64,000 bases of DNA from an uncultured Dehalococcoidia bacterium (GTDB lineage Bacteria; Chloroflexota; Dehalococcoidia; Lucifugimonadales; G958296245): positions 1,786,197-1,850,196 of the forward strand of contig OY282458.1 in NCBI GenBank assembly GCA_958296245.1, written 5' to 3'. Below, piece by piece: positions 26,807 to 35,888 of this stretch. A model generated the notes under the pieces. It made no database searches, was not told where the DNA came from, and saw only the letters and a list, made by a program, of their open reading frames with translations. Position 1 is the first letter of the stretch. Every line of letters starts with the position of its first letter. The position numbers were made by a program, and so were the translations under genes.

Positions 26807-28324
26807 TCACGGTCCGAACTGAATGGCGTGCAGCCTGGCCCGGGTCATCTTAAGCCGCAAACGCACGGGCTTACCGCGCCATGCCGAAAGGTCGGACTCG
26901 CCATTCCAGGTTACGACCCCGTCGAGGACGTCCCCGGTCAGCGGGTCGCAGTCGTCCATCGTGCGGCCCGGTATCGCCTCGGCCGGCCTTGGGCGAGTCT
27001 CGATGGACGCGTCGGCCACCTCGATCCGGATCTCGCCCCGGAAGCGCGTCCACGCGTTCACCCGAAGCTGATTCCCCGTGAACAGCAGCGGATAGGTGGT
27101 GCAGACCCCGACCGTCTCGGCCTCAAGCGAGGTGAAGCCGTCCTTGCGCCAGGTCGCGCGGCATACGTACCCAAGGTCGTTGTAAACCCCTTGCAGGTGC
27201 GATTCCCTCATGCCCAGCAGGTTGTTATGCGAGGTGGAGGACGGGGAGATGATCAATGAGTGCTCGTCGGGGCGCAGGCTCACGAGGCCGCAGCCCGCGT
27301 AGATCCCCGCGTGCCAGTCCAGACCGGGGTTGCCGCTGGTGCCCGGCTCCATTCTGGGCACGATGGGGCCGGGCAGAGGCCGCTCCCAATTGACGCCGTC
27401 GCGGCTCGTCATCATGTGCAGATCCGATATGTCCAACCGCCTCTCGTAGAAGACTGGGAACGCCAGGTGAGCGTCGCCGCCGTCGGGCCACGGGGCATAG
27501 GCGTTGGTGTAGATGTCCGTGTCGGGGCCATCCTGCGCCTGCGGCCAGACGATCGGCTCCGGCCTTGGCCACCTGTCGAAGGAGTCGGTCTCGGCGTAGG
27601 CCATCCTCCGCCGGCCGTGGATCCTGCCGTGCTCGTGCCTGTCCCAACCTCTGAAGTAACCGACGTAGCGGCCCTTGCGGGGGTCGAACCTTGCGACTAT
27701 CTGGGTGTCGCTGACGTATCCGTCCAAGAGAGGGTCGGGCAGCCGCTTGAATCTGAGCCCGTCCGGCGACACCGCGCCGAGCACCTGGTCTCCCCCGCCC
27801 TCCTTGTTCTGATAGATGAGCTTGTACCTCTCGGAGGACGGGGCGCTCGGGTCCTGGAACACGGTACCGGTCGTGTTGAAGACTATGTTGTTGTCAGTGG
27901 AGCCGCCAAACTCGACCGCGCCTATGGTGGGCTTGCGCCAGTCCTTACCGTCTTCGGACTCGGCATACGCCATTACCTGCGTCTCCCACGGCACCACGAA
28001 ATCCGAATCTTCGCTGGCCCGCCGGCGCGCCTCCGGGTCCCTCTGGTCGACGGCGCCCGTGTAGGCGGGGTAGTAGAGCCTGAACAGGCCCTCATCCTCG
28101 AACACGGTCGTCATGCCGGATATCCAGTTTTCCCACGGATGCTCCGCCCTGATGAGCGGCTCAGGGTCGATGCGTGGGCTGTGGGCCGATATACGCACGC
28201 CGTACGGCATCTCCCACCCGCCGTCCCGCCCACCGCCCCAGGCGACACCGTAGCCCGGCTCGATGATGTCCCAATCCACGAAGACGTGCTTGCGGCCCCT
28301 CAGATCGTAGGGTGCGTAAGCCAT
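26807..28324 (-). CDS. hypothetical protein, possibly a beta-propeller glycosidase-like fold
   Basis: 505-aa ORF with coding-like composition and tight operon spacing. Repeated SPDG/SRDG..W-type strands suggest a propeller. No catalytic motif was recognised by eye. Confidence 0.5.
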   Translation of the reverse strand: MAYAPYDLRGRKHVFVDWDIIEPGYGVAWGGGRDGGWEMPYGVRISAHSPRIDPEPLIRAEHPWENWISGMTTVFEDEGLFRLYYPAYTGAVDQRDPEARRRASEDSDFVVPWETQVMAYAESEDGKDWRKPTIGAVEFGGSTDNNIVFNTTGTVFQDPSAPSSERYKLIYQNKEGGGDQVLGAVSPDGLRFKRLPDPLLDGYVSDTQIVARFDPRKGRYVGYFRGWDRHEHGRIHGRRRMAYAETDSFDRWPRPEPIVWPQAQDGPDTDIYTNAYAPWPDGGDAHLAFPVFYERRLDISDLHMMTSRDGVNWERPLPGPIVPRMEPGTSGNPGLDWHAGIYAGCGLVSLRPDEHSLIISPSSTSHNNLLGMRESHLQGVYNDLGYVCRATWRKDGFTSLEAETVGVCTTYPLLFTGNQLRVNAWTRFRGEIRIEVADASIETRPRPAEAIPGRTMDDCDPLTGDVLDGVVTWNGESDLSAWRGKPVRLRLKMTRARLHAIQFGP

Positions 28325-28392
28325 GCTACACCTCTGCTGATTTGGAGATGATCATTCTCACTTACGTTGCGGCCATGCACGGGAGGGCGCGC

Positions 28393-29196
28393 TCAGGACG
28401 TCCTAACCCCGCTTGTAAGGGCGCCGTCCACGACCAGAGTCGTACCGGTCACGTACTTCGCCTCGTCCGAAGCGAGGAACAGCGCCGCCCGGGCTACGTC
28501 CCAGGGCTCGCCCTGCTTGCCGATGGGCACCATCGCGTCCCGGAGCCGCATCATCTCCTCGACGTCCCCGCCCCAAGCCCTCGTCAGAGATGCCTCGACG
28601 AACGGCGTCCTCATCATCCCCGGCAGAATGGCGTTTGCCCTTATTCCCTTGGATGCATACTCGACGGCGATCTCCCGGGTCAGGGCGATCATCCCAGCCT
28701 TGGAGGCGCCGTACGCGCCGGACAGGGCCGGGAGGGTCCTGATCCCGTTGATCGACGAGATGTTGACGATGGCGCCGGCCCCCTGCCTCACCATGTGGGG
28801 AAGGGTATGCTTGCAGGTCAGGAACACGCTCTTGAGATTGACGTCCAGCGTCCTGTCCCAATCGTCTTCCGAGGTGTCCTCGATCCCGCCGGGTATCTCG
28901 ATGCCCACGTTGTTGTGAAGAACGTCCACCCTGCCATAGGCGCGGATGCACTCATCGACCATAGCCGCGCATTCGTCCGACTTGCTGACGTCGGCCCGGA
29001 ACGGCAGGGATGACCCGCCCTCCTCGTCTATCAGCCTCCGCGTCTCTTGGGCTGCCTCCAAGCTGTGGTCCACGAGCAGCACGCTGGCGCCCTCTCTGGC
29101 GAACAGTATGGCTGCCGCCTTCCCGTTGCCGACGCCCGGCCCCACGGAGCCGGCGCCGGTCACGATTGCGACCTTTCCCCTGAAACGGTCCCCCAA
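28393..29196 (-). CDS. short-chain dehydrogenase/reductase (classical SDR)
   Basis: Contains VAIVTGAGSVGPGVG (TGxxxGxG), NNVG and YGASKAG (YxxxK). Confidence 0.9.
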   Translation of the reverse strand: MGDRFRGKVAIVTGAGSVGPGVGNGKAAAILFAREGASVLLVDHSLEAAQETRRLIDEEGGSSLPFRADVSKSDECAAMVDECIRAYGRVDVLHNNVGIEIPGGIEDTSEDDWDRTLDVNLKSVFLTCKHTLPHMVRQGAGAIVNISSINGIRTLPALSGAYGASKAGMIALTREIAVEYASKGIRANAILPGMMRTPFVEASLTRAWGGDVEEMMRLRDAMVPIGKQGEPWDVARAALFLASDEAKYVTGTTLVVDGALTSGVRTS

Positions 29197-29242
29197 CTGC
29201 GCACCCCCTGTATGCCGTCCTGGGCCCTGCGCGGCCTGGCAG

Positions 29243-30337
29243 CTATGCTCCCCGGCCGATCTTCCGCATGGCCAGCCCCGCGAGCATGTACATGATCACG
29301 TACACGATGACCCGGTAGGCCAGCGCCGAGCCTGGCGGGATACATATGAACGACAACCCCGCAAGGCCCCGTTTCCCGATCTCGTGAGCGATGCGGATGA
29401 TCTCGTAGTCCGTTAGCGCTATGGGCTCGGCAGCCTCGCCCAGCAGGTCGCCGGGCGACGGACCCGCGCCCCCCATAACGTCCATGTCGAAGTGAGCGTA
29501 CACCGCCTCGGTCCCGTCATAGGCACGGTCCAACTCCCCGACCAGCCCCTCGATGCCCAGGCTGGTCCTCAGTTCCCAGGAGGAGATGAACCTCGCCCCG
29601 TCGTTCAGGTATCGGCGCACCAGTTCCTTCCTCTCCAACATGCCGCGCTCCCCGATCTCGACCAAGTGCATGGGGTGCATGTTGTCGTGGAACTCGTACA
29701 TCTTGTGCTTCCAGCTGCCCGATCCCGCCACACGCGGATCGCCCGTCAGATAGTCCAGCGGCTGAAAGTCCCAGTGCGTGTCCAGACTGACACAGCCCAC
29801 TGCGCCCTCGGTCCGCTCCGCTATAGGCTTGGCTATGGCATAGGACCCGCACGGCGAGTTTTGTCCTATGACGACGGGCACGGCCCCTGCGTCGAGGGCA
29901 TGGCCTACCTTCTCCTCCACCGCGGCTTGAGCCCGCAGTATCTTCTCCGGCGACTGTACTTGCATGACTTCCGCAGGTATCGCCGCGTCTCCGTAGTCGA
30001 CTACCTTGAGGTGCTCGAATACGTCCAAGTCGAAGTCCTGAATGTAGCCGGACTGGTACCTGATGGACTGCTGCCTGACGCGGAGCGGGGCTGCCAGCCA
30101 CTCGTTGCGGTCGACGCCGGCGTACTTTTCCGAGGATGTGGCGACGTACGGCGCACCGATTACCACGGCGTCCGCACCCTCGAGATCGCTCCGGCTCGAC
30201 GCGTAGGGCAGCCCCATGAACGTCGGCGATTCGGGGCCCATCATCGGAGACGTCCACTCCGCCCCGAAGTTCCCCTTGATGAACTCCTCCCACGCCGTCA
30301 TCAACTCATCCCAGGTGGGGTATGCCAAAGTGGTCAT
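29243..30337 (-). CDS. arginase/agmatinase-fold protein with atypical metal-site residues and a C-terminal hydrophobic tail
   Basis: Ureohydrolase-like block order: AVVIGAPYVATSS, VVDYGDAAI, VSLDTHWDF (DxHxD retained), HFDMDVMGG (DxD retained). The GGDHS His motif is replaced by IGQNSPCGS. The protein ends in VIVYVIMYMLAGLAM. Confidence 0.5.
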   Translation of the reverse strand: MTTLAYPTWDELMTAWEEFIKGNFGAEWTSPMMGPESPTFMGLPYASSRSDLEGADAVVIGAPYVATSSEKYAGVDRNEWLAAPLRVRQQSIRYQSGYIQDFDLDVFEHLKVVDYGDAAIPAEVMQVQSPEKILRAQAAVEEKVGHALDAGAVPVVIGQNSPCGSYAIAKPIAERTEGAVGCVSLDTHWDFQPLDYLTGDPRVAGSGSWKHKMYEFHDNMHPMHLVEIGERGMLERKELVRRYLNDGARFISSWELRTSLGIEGLVGELDRAYDGTEAVYAHFDMDVMGGAGPSPGDLLGEAAEPIALTDYEIIRIAHEIGKRGLAGLSFICIPPGSALAYRVIVYVIMYMLAGLAMRKIGRGA

Positions 30338-30350
30338 CTCTGCCTTCCTT

Positions 30351-31439
30351 TCACTGAAGATCTGCGATCAGGACCCACATGGGCTCGCTGCCCACGGCGT
30401 ACGTCTCGACCGGATGGAGGCTGCCCGCCGCCTCGTCGGCCCGGTACTCGGCGAGCTTCCCCGATTCCAGGCCGGCGGCCAGAAGGAAGCTCCCGGACGG
30501 GTCGAGGCTGAACGCGCGCGGTATCGGCTCCGTCGGCACGTTTGCAACCCGCTCGATGCGGCCTGCCGCGTCCACTGCGAAGCAGGCGATGGTGTCGTGA
30601 CCCCGGTTCGGCGCGTACAGCATCCGCCCCGTCGGGGATATCTGTATCTGCGCGCACGTATTGAAGACGGCGGCGTCCTCCGGCAGCGTCGACACCGTTT
30701 GGACGGGCTCCAGCGTCCCGCCGTCCCGATCGAGGCTGTACGCCGTGACGCTGTTGCCCTGCTCGTCCGAGAAATAGAGCACGTCCAACGTGGGGTGGAA
30801 GCAGAAGTGCCTCGGCCCAGACTTCCGGCCCGGCGAGACCTGGGCGGGCGAGCCGGGAGTGAGTCTGCCGGTGTCTTGTTCGAACCTAAACTGGAAGATG
30901 GCGTTAGGCCCGTCGGCCCCGCCGCCCTCGAGAGTCCTGCCGGATGCGGCCTGCGCCAAGCCCACGGAGGACACGTTCGACAGGGTTGCGATGTGAGGGA
31001 CGAATACGAATTGGTTCGATGGGTCCGCCTGGATCGAGTGCGCCCCCGGGCCGGTGGCGCGCCACTCCACCGGCTCGGCGTCGAGCGCCCCGTCGTCTCC
31101 GATGCGGTGCGCCCCGACCTTGCCGTCCGCGTAGTAAGCCGACAAGAGATACCGTCCCCTCCTGTCGGTAGCAAGATAGCAGGGGTCGGACTCGAGCGGG
31201 ACCGCGCCAACGTGAGACAGCCGGCCAGACGCGCCGTCGACCTCGAAGGTCGAGACCTCCCGATCGTCGCGCCGGCCGACGTACAGAAACCGCCGGTTTG
31301 GGTGCAACGCCAGAGGCGCCGGGCGGCCGGGGACCGCGGCGGCATCCAGCAGATCGAGCCGGCCGGAGCGCCGGTCCATGGCGTAGACGGCGATCTTGTC
31401 CTCGCCGGACAGGGTCACGTAAACGTAATAGGGGGCCAT
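30351..31439 (-). CDS. lactonase, seven-bladed beta-propeller family (6-phosphogluconolactonase-like)
   Basis: YVYVTLSGEDKIAVYAMD... and repeated blade motifs (P..L..HP..RFLYV, FHPTLDVLYFSDE, ISPTGRMLYAPNRG), typical of the Lactonase family. Confidence 0.8.
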   Translation of the reverse strand: MAPYYVYVTLSGEDKIAVYAMDRRSGRLDLLDAAAVPGRPAPLALHPNRRFLYVGRRDDREVSTFEVDGASGRLSHVGAVPLESDPCYLATDRRGRYLLSAYYADGKVGAHRIGDDGALDAEPVEWRATGPGAHSIQADPSNQFVFVPHIATLSNVSSVGLAQAASGRTLEGGGADGPNAIFQFRFEQDTGRLTPGSPAQVSPGRKSGPRHFCFHPTLDVLYFSDEQGNSVTAYSLDRDGGTLEPVQTVSTLPEDAAVFNTCAQIQISPTGRMLYAPNRGHDTIACFAVDAAGRIERVANVPTEPIPRAFSLDPSGSFLLAAGLESGKLAEYRADEAAGSLHPVETYAVGSEPMWVLIADLQ

Positions 31440-31605
31440 TGAATTCTCCTACCGCCCGCCGGCGAGTACCAGAAGCCGGCGACCGCAGCGCCGATTATAC
31501 ACCGCCGCGGGCTGGCGGGCGCCGCAACTCCGCCGCCAAAGCCGGCGCCCTCCGAGGCCACTGCCCTACCTCGCGCCTGTCCCAGACTACATCATTCTAT
31601 CCATG

Positions 31606-31614
31606 TGGCATAAT
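31606..31614 (+). promoter_or_regulatory. extended -10 element (TGGCATAAT) upstream of the thioredoxin gene
   Basis: TGn plus CATAAT at 31606-31614, about 25 nt upstream of ATG 31640, which has GGGAG just upstream. This argues against the long N-terminal extension in the ORF track. Confidence 0.4.
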
Positions 31615-31639
31615 GCAGAGGACTTCGAAACCGGGAGTA

Positions 31640-32455
31640 ATGGAGATGACCTTCGACACGGACGACTTCGAAAGCGACGTGATCGCCCGCAGCTACGAGA
31701 TCCCCGTCCTCGTGGACTTCTGGGCAGAGTGGTGCGGGCCGTGCAAGGTGCTCGGACCCGTGCTGGAGCGGCTCGCTCAAAGAAGCGAGGGCCAGTGGAC
31801 CCTCGCCAAGCTCGACACCGACAGGCACCCGGCGATTGCGGCGCAGTACGGTATCCGCAGCATACCCAACGTAAAGCTCTTCGTGGACGGGCAGGTCAGC
31901 AACGAGTTCGTCGGAGCGTTGCCGGAGCGGACTATAGCCGAGTGGCTCCAGCGCGCCGTTCCCAGTAAATACCGCGCTCAACTGGATGGGGCCAAGCTGC
32001 TGCTACTGGAGGACAAGGCAGGCCGAGCCAGGGAAATACTGCAACCTATCGTCGCGGCTGAGCCGGATAACGACGAGGCTGCGGCGCTGCTGGCTCAGGC
32101 GCTATTCGATTCGGACCCTCAACAGGCCCTGCTTACGGTCGAGCCTATCCGGCTGGGGTCGGACTACCATGAAGTCGCCGACGCCATCAGGACCCTCGTC
32201 GGCGCGTTCGCCCGCATCGACGACTCTCCCCCACCCAAGGACCCGGTCAGGGACGCCTACGTCAAAGCGGTGGCCGACGCCCGGTCCCGCGACTTTCAAG
32301 CGGCGCTGAGCGGCTTCATAGAGGTCGTGCGGAAGAACCGCCGCTACGACGACGACGGGGCCAGAAAGGCTTGCATCGCCATCTTCAAGCTGCTGGGCGA
32401 AGACCACCACACCACAAAGCAGTTTCGCCCCCTTCTGAGCAACGCGCTCTACTGA
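31640..32455 (+). CDS. thioredoxin domain fused to a TPR-like helical domain (YbbN/CnoX-like)
   Basis: FWAEWCGPCKVLGP active site followed by an approximately 160-aa helical repeat region. ATG 31646 is an alternative start. Confidence 0.85.
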   Translation: MEMTFDTDDFESDVIARSYEIPVLVDFWAEWCGPCKVLGPVLERLAQRSEGQWTLAKLDTDRHPAIAAQYGIRSIPNVKLFVDGQVSNEFVGALPERTIAEWLQRAVPSKYRAQLDGAKLLLLEDKAGRAREILQPIVAAEPDNDEAAALLAQALFDSDPQQALLTVEPIRLGSDYHEVADAIRTLVGAFARIDDSPPPKDPVRDAYVKAVADARSRDFQAALSGFIEVVRKNRRYDDDGARKACIAIFKLLGEDHHTTKQFRPLLSNALY

Positions 32456-33870
32456 CGCCCACCGCCCTGAGGAGTCACGGAACTTAGGCCCGTCCCCGGG
32501 CCGCGCGCGTGCCTACGCGGGCTGTGGCGCCCGGAGTCCCGGTAGTCTGGCGCGTCTATGTGTATAAGCTGGCAGAGGGACGGATCTTTGACGCGCGACG
32601 CCACTGGGTCTTTCCGATCGGCAAAGTCCCCCACTGCGGTGATGATGGTGTGCAACCGTGAATTGTAGCGGTGCGAGATGATCTGATACAGCTTCTCCAC
32701 GGCCCACGCGGTGCTGTGCTCGCGCCCCAGGTCGTCCAGCAGGAGGAGCGGGGTATTCTTCACGTCGTCCAGCAGCCTGTCATACGTTACGGTGCTCTCG
32801 GGGCTGTAGGTGAACCTCAGGTAGTCCAGTAGGTCGGACACCAGCACGAAGAAGACCGTCCTACCATTCTTCATCTGCTCGTTGGCTATGGCTACGGCGA
32901 GATGGGTCTTGCCCACTCCGGTATCGCCGAGCAGCGCAAGCCAGCCGTCCGGAGCGGCGGCGAAGCTCTTTGCGGCAAGGTAGGCCCCTTCCAGGCTTCC
33001 CCTCTGGTCCGCATTCGGGCTGTTTCCCCTGACGTCGAACTTCTCGAAGGTCATGCGGCGCAGCATCTCGGGCTCTATGGCGCCCAGGCGTCCCCTGCCC
33101 ACGGCCGGATCGCCCAACTCGATCACGCGGCTGTGCCCCTCGGCCATCATGCGGCTCGCGACGTACGGGTCCACGTCTCTCAGGGAGCCGGTGCACGTGA
33201 CCACCGTCGGCATCTCCATGTTGAACCTGTGGTTGATCACCTGGCGCAACTTCTCCTGAGCCCAGGGCGACGGGTTGCTGCTGCCGATACCGTCCAATAT
33301 GAGCAGAGGAGCGGCCTTAACCTGGTCGAAGAGGTCGCTGTAGACCACCTCGCTGGAGGGGCTGAAAGAAGAGCGTAGATGGTCGAGCAGGTCAGGGACG
33401 TGTGAGAAGAAGACCACCTGACCTTGTGAAATGAGTCTATTCCCTATAGCGGCGGCCAGATGGGTCTTCCCGGCGCCGTGGGGGCCAACCAAGACCAAGA
33501 ATCCCTCGGCCCGGTCGGCGTAGGCCACGGCTGCCTCGTAGGCTGCCTGGAACCGCCGGCGCACGCCGCTGTCCGGACCGCGCCCCTCCGGCGTCAGCGT
33601 ACTGAAGGTGAACCGCTTCATAGACGCCAGGTTGCTGTAACGCAAAAGCCTGGCCTGCCTCTCCTGTGCGACCCGGTCCCCCTGGCAGCCGCAGGTCACG
33701 ACCTGACCGAACGCCGGGTCCCCTACGGGCACGTCCGCAGTGAACCAGCCCCGCCCGCGGCAACGGGAACAGCCGTCGTCCTCCCGGTCCGGCTCAGCGT
33801 CCCGGTAGGGGTTATCTTCCGAGGAATCTCTCGTAGCCAGCTTTCTCAGGACTTCTGACAGATCTTCCAT
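32449..33870 (-). CDS. DnaC/IstB-like helicase-loader protein with two tandem AAA+ modules and an N-terminal Cys4 zinc ribbon
   Basis: CSRCRGRGWF...CGC ribbon. Walker A appears twice (GPHGAGKTHLAAAIG and GDTGVGKTHLAVAIA). Walker B appears twice (LLILDGIG and LLLLDDLG). GGGAGGG lies 4 nt upstream of ATG 33870. Confidence 0.8.
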   Translation of the reverse strand: MEDLSEVLRKLATRDSSEDNPYRDAEPDREDDGCSRCRGRGWFTADVPVGDPAFGQVVTCGCQGDRVAQERQARLLRYSNLASMKRFTFSTLTPEGRGPDSGVRRRFQAAYEAAVAYADRAEGFLVLVGPHGAGKTHLAAAIGNRLISQGQVVFFSHVPDLLDHLRSSFSPSSEVVYSDLFDQVKAAPLLILDGIGSSNPSPWAQEKLRQVINHRFNMEMPTVVTCTGSLRDVDPYVASRMMAEGHSRVIELGDPAVGRGRLGAIEPEMLRRMTFEKFDVRGNSPNADQRGSLEGAYLAAKSFAAAPDGWLALLGDTGVGKTHLAVAIANEQMKNGRTVFFVLVSDLLDYLRFTYSPESTVTYDRLLDDVKNTPLLLLDDLGREHSTAWAVEKLYQIISHRYNSRLHTIITAVGDFADRKDPVASRVKDPSLCQLIHIDAPDYRDSGRHSPRRHARGPGTGLSSVTPQGGGRQ

Positions 33871-34507
33871 CGTCCCTCCCGTCTCTGTCCCACCTGTCCA
33901 GGATAACTGCGATATAGCGCCAGCTTCTCTTGTTTCGAGTCACCGCCTCCCGAAACGCGTCCCTGATCCACTGCTCGGGATACGTCTCCTCAGCCAACCT
34001 CAACTCCTCGGCTATGATGGGGTTGATCATGCCGATGTTGTTTTCGTACAGGCCGAAGATGTTTGGCCGGTCGATCTCGGGCACGTCCCCCGAGGCCGGC
34101 GGCGCCGGCGACGAACCCGCCAGCTCGTCGAAGGCCTTCCGCTCCGACTCCGAATTGATGGCGTAGACCTGCAGAGCGGAGCCGCCGCGGTCCAGCGAGC
34201 CGGTCACCACCGTCCCGCGTTGCACCGCCAAGCCCAGACCTCTGCGGACTTCGGCTGCGGCGTCCCGGCCGGCGCCGCCGAGTCCTTTGAGCAGCACCCG
34301 GTCCGCCATGATCTCGTCGATGGTCACGTAGCGGGGAAACCCCTTGGTGTTCTGCAACATCCAGACCAGGCGCAGGGTACACTTGAGCTCCGCCAGGTCG
34401 TCTATCTCCTCCAAGAGCCGGCCAAGGAGGAGGCTTGGCATCGCCGTGAGCCGGGAGCGCCTGGGGAAGCCGGCGAACCCCTTCCCGGTCCTCACCGGGG
34501 AGGCCAT
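33812..34507 (-). CDS. DnaD/DnaB-domain replication initiation protein
   Basis: C-terminal IFGLYENNIGMINPIIAEELRLAEETYPEQWIRDAFREAVTRNKRSWRYIAVILDRW matches the DnaD-type domain. The ATG lies 1 nt after the dnaB stop, and the 3' end overlaps the next gene by 59 nt. Confidence 0.75.
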   Translation of the reverse strand: MASPVRTGKGFAGFPRRSRLTAMPSLLLGRLLEEIDDLAELKCTLRLVWMLQNTKGFPRYVTIDEIMADRVLLKGLGGAGRDAAAEVRRGLGLAVQRGTVVTGSLDRGGSALQVYAINSESERKAFDELAGSSPAPPASGDVPEIDRPNIFGLYENNIGMINPIIAEELRLAEETYPEQWIRDAFREAVTRNKRSWRYIAVILDRWDRDGRDDGRSVRSPEKAGYERFLGR

Positions 34508-34508
34508 G

Positions 34509-35888
34509 CTACGCGAGCTCCCTGGAGCGCGCCGATAGGTCGAGGCTCTCGAATCTCACGACGTCGCTGCGGAAGTATAGGGGAACTTCGCCCGTGGGCC
34601 CGTTCCTGTGCTTGGCGACCAGCACCTCGGCGATGTTCTCAGGGTAGGGGTCGCGGGGATTGCGCTTCTCCCACTCATCGCGGGTGGTGTACTTGTCCTC
34701 ACGGTATATGAACGCCACCACGTCCGCGTCCTGCTCGATGCTGCCGCTCTCCCGAAGGTCGGACAGAATCGGGCGGTGAGAGGGTCTCTGCTCCGGGGCG
34801 CGGCTGAGCTGAGAGCAAGCCAGCACCGGAATATCCATGTCCCTGGCAAACCCCTTGAGGGCCCTGGAGAAGTCGCCCATCTCCTGCACCCGGTTATCGC
34901 CCCTGCGGCTGCTGCCTGTCATGAGTTGAAGGTAGTCCACTATCAGGAGGTCGAGCCCGCGCTCCGCCTGCAGCCTGCGCGCCTTGCCCCGCATCTCGAC
35001 TACACCCTGCACAGGGGTATCGTCGATGTATATAGGGAACTCCGACAATAGGCCGATGGCGTCCAGCTCCCGCCTGTACTCGGCCTCACTCACCATCCCC
35101 AGGCGCAGGCGGTGGCTGTCTACGTTCGCCTCGCTGGACAGGAGGCGTATGCCGATCTGCTCAGCGCTCATCTCCAAGCTGAACACCCCCACGCGCGCGC
35201 CCTGTTCGGCGCCGTGGCGGGCTATGTTGAAGGCGAGGGTGCTCTTGCCCAGGCTGGGCCGGGCCGCGACCACCACCATGTCCGACCGCTGCAGGCCGCC
35301 GCCGAGCAGCTTGTCCAAGTCAGCGAACCCGGTCGGTATGGGCGCCAGGTGCCGGTCGTGCTCCAAGTCCAAGGAGGCGGTCTCTTCCATGTAGGAATCG
35401 AGCACCTCCCGGATGTGGACGAAGTCCCGTGTCCCTCTGCCGGTGCGGACCCCGTAGAGTACGTCCTCCGCCTTCCGCAAAGCGGTGTCCACGTCCGGCC
35501 CACCCTCGTACCCTATAGCAGCGATGTCGCCTGCGGCCGATATGAGCTGTCTCATGATGGAGGTCCGCTGCACTATCCGGCCGTAGTGCTCGACGTGGAC
35601 GGACGTGGGGACGGTACGCACCAGATGGGCCAGGTAGGCGGCTCCCCCGACGTCCTCCAAGGCGCCGCGCAATGAGAGTTCATGCGCGACCGTAACCTGG
35701 TTGATGGCTTCGCCGCGCTCGAACAGAGGCACGCAGGCCTCGTAGCACAATCTCGCCTTGGCGACGTAGAAGTCGCCGGACCGCAGGAACGGGGTGACCT
35801 TCGTCAAAGACTCGCCGTCTATGAGGATCGAGCCTATGACGGCCTCTTCCGCCTCTGTGTCATGGGGAAGCAGTCGTTCGGCGTACAA
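34509..35888 (-). CDS. dnaB: replicative DNA helicase
   Basis: N-terminal LPHDTEAEEAVIGSIL, Walker A ARPSLGKST, Walker B LLIVDYLQLM and SGSIEQDADVV. TTG start with AAGGAGAG upstream. Confidence 0.95.
   Translation of the reverse strand: MYAERLLPHDTEAEEAVIGSILIDGESLTKVTPFLRSGDFYVAKARLCYEACVPLFERGEAINQVTVAHELSLRGALEDVGGAAYLAHLVRTVPTSVHVEHYGRIVQRTSIMRQLISAAGDIAAIGYEGGPDVDTALRKAEDVLYGVRTGRGTRDFVHIREVLDSYMEETASLDLEHDRHLAPIPTGFADLDKLLGGGLQRSDMVVVAARPSLGKSTLAFNIARHGAEQGARVGVFSLEMSAEQIGIRLLSSEANVDSHRLRLGMVSEAEYRRELDAIGLLSEFPIYIDDTPVQGVVEMRGKARRLQAERGLDLLIVDYLQLMTGSSRRGDNRVQEMGDFSRALKGFARDMDIPVLACSQLSRAPEQRPSHRPILSDLRESGSIEQDADVVAFIYREDKYTTRDEWEKRNPRDPYPENIAEVLVAKHRNGPTGEVPLYFRSDVVRFESLDLSARSRELA

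Noticed and set aside
30368-31345. 325-aa alternate-frame ORF within the lactonase gene
   Set aside because: It has Arg/Ser/Pro/Thr-rich junk composition, and the lactonase frame has the blade motifs.
31298-31639. 114-aa N-terminal extension of the thioredoxin ORF
   Set aside because: It overlaps the lactonase gene in antisense and is Arg/Pro-rich. A TGn-CATAAT promoter element and an SD sit just before the internal ATG at 31640.
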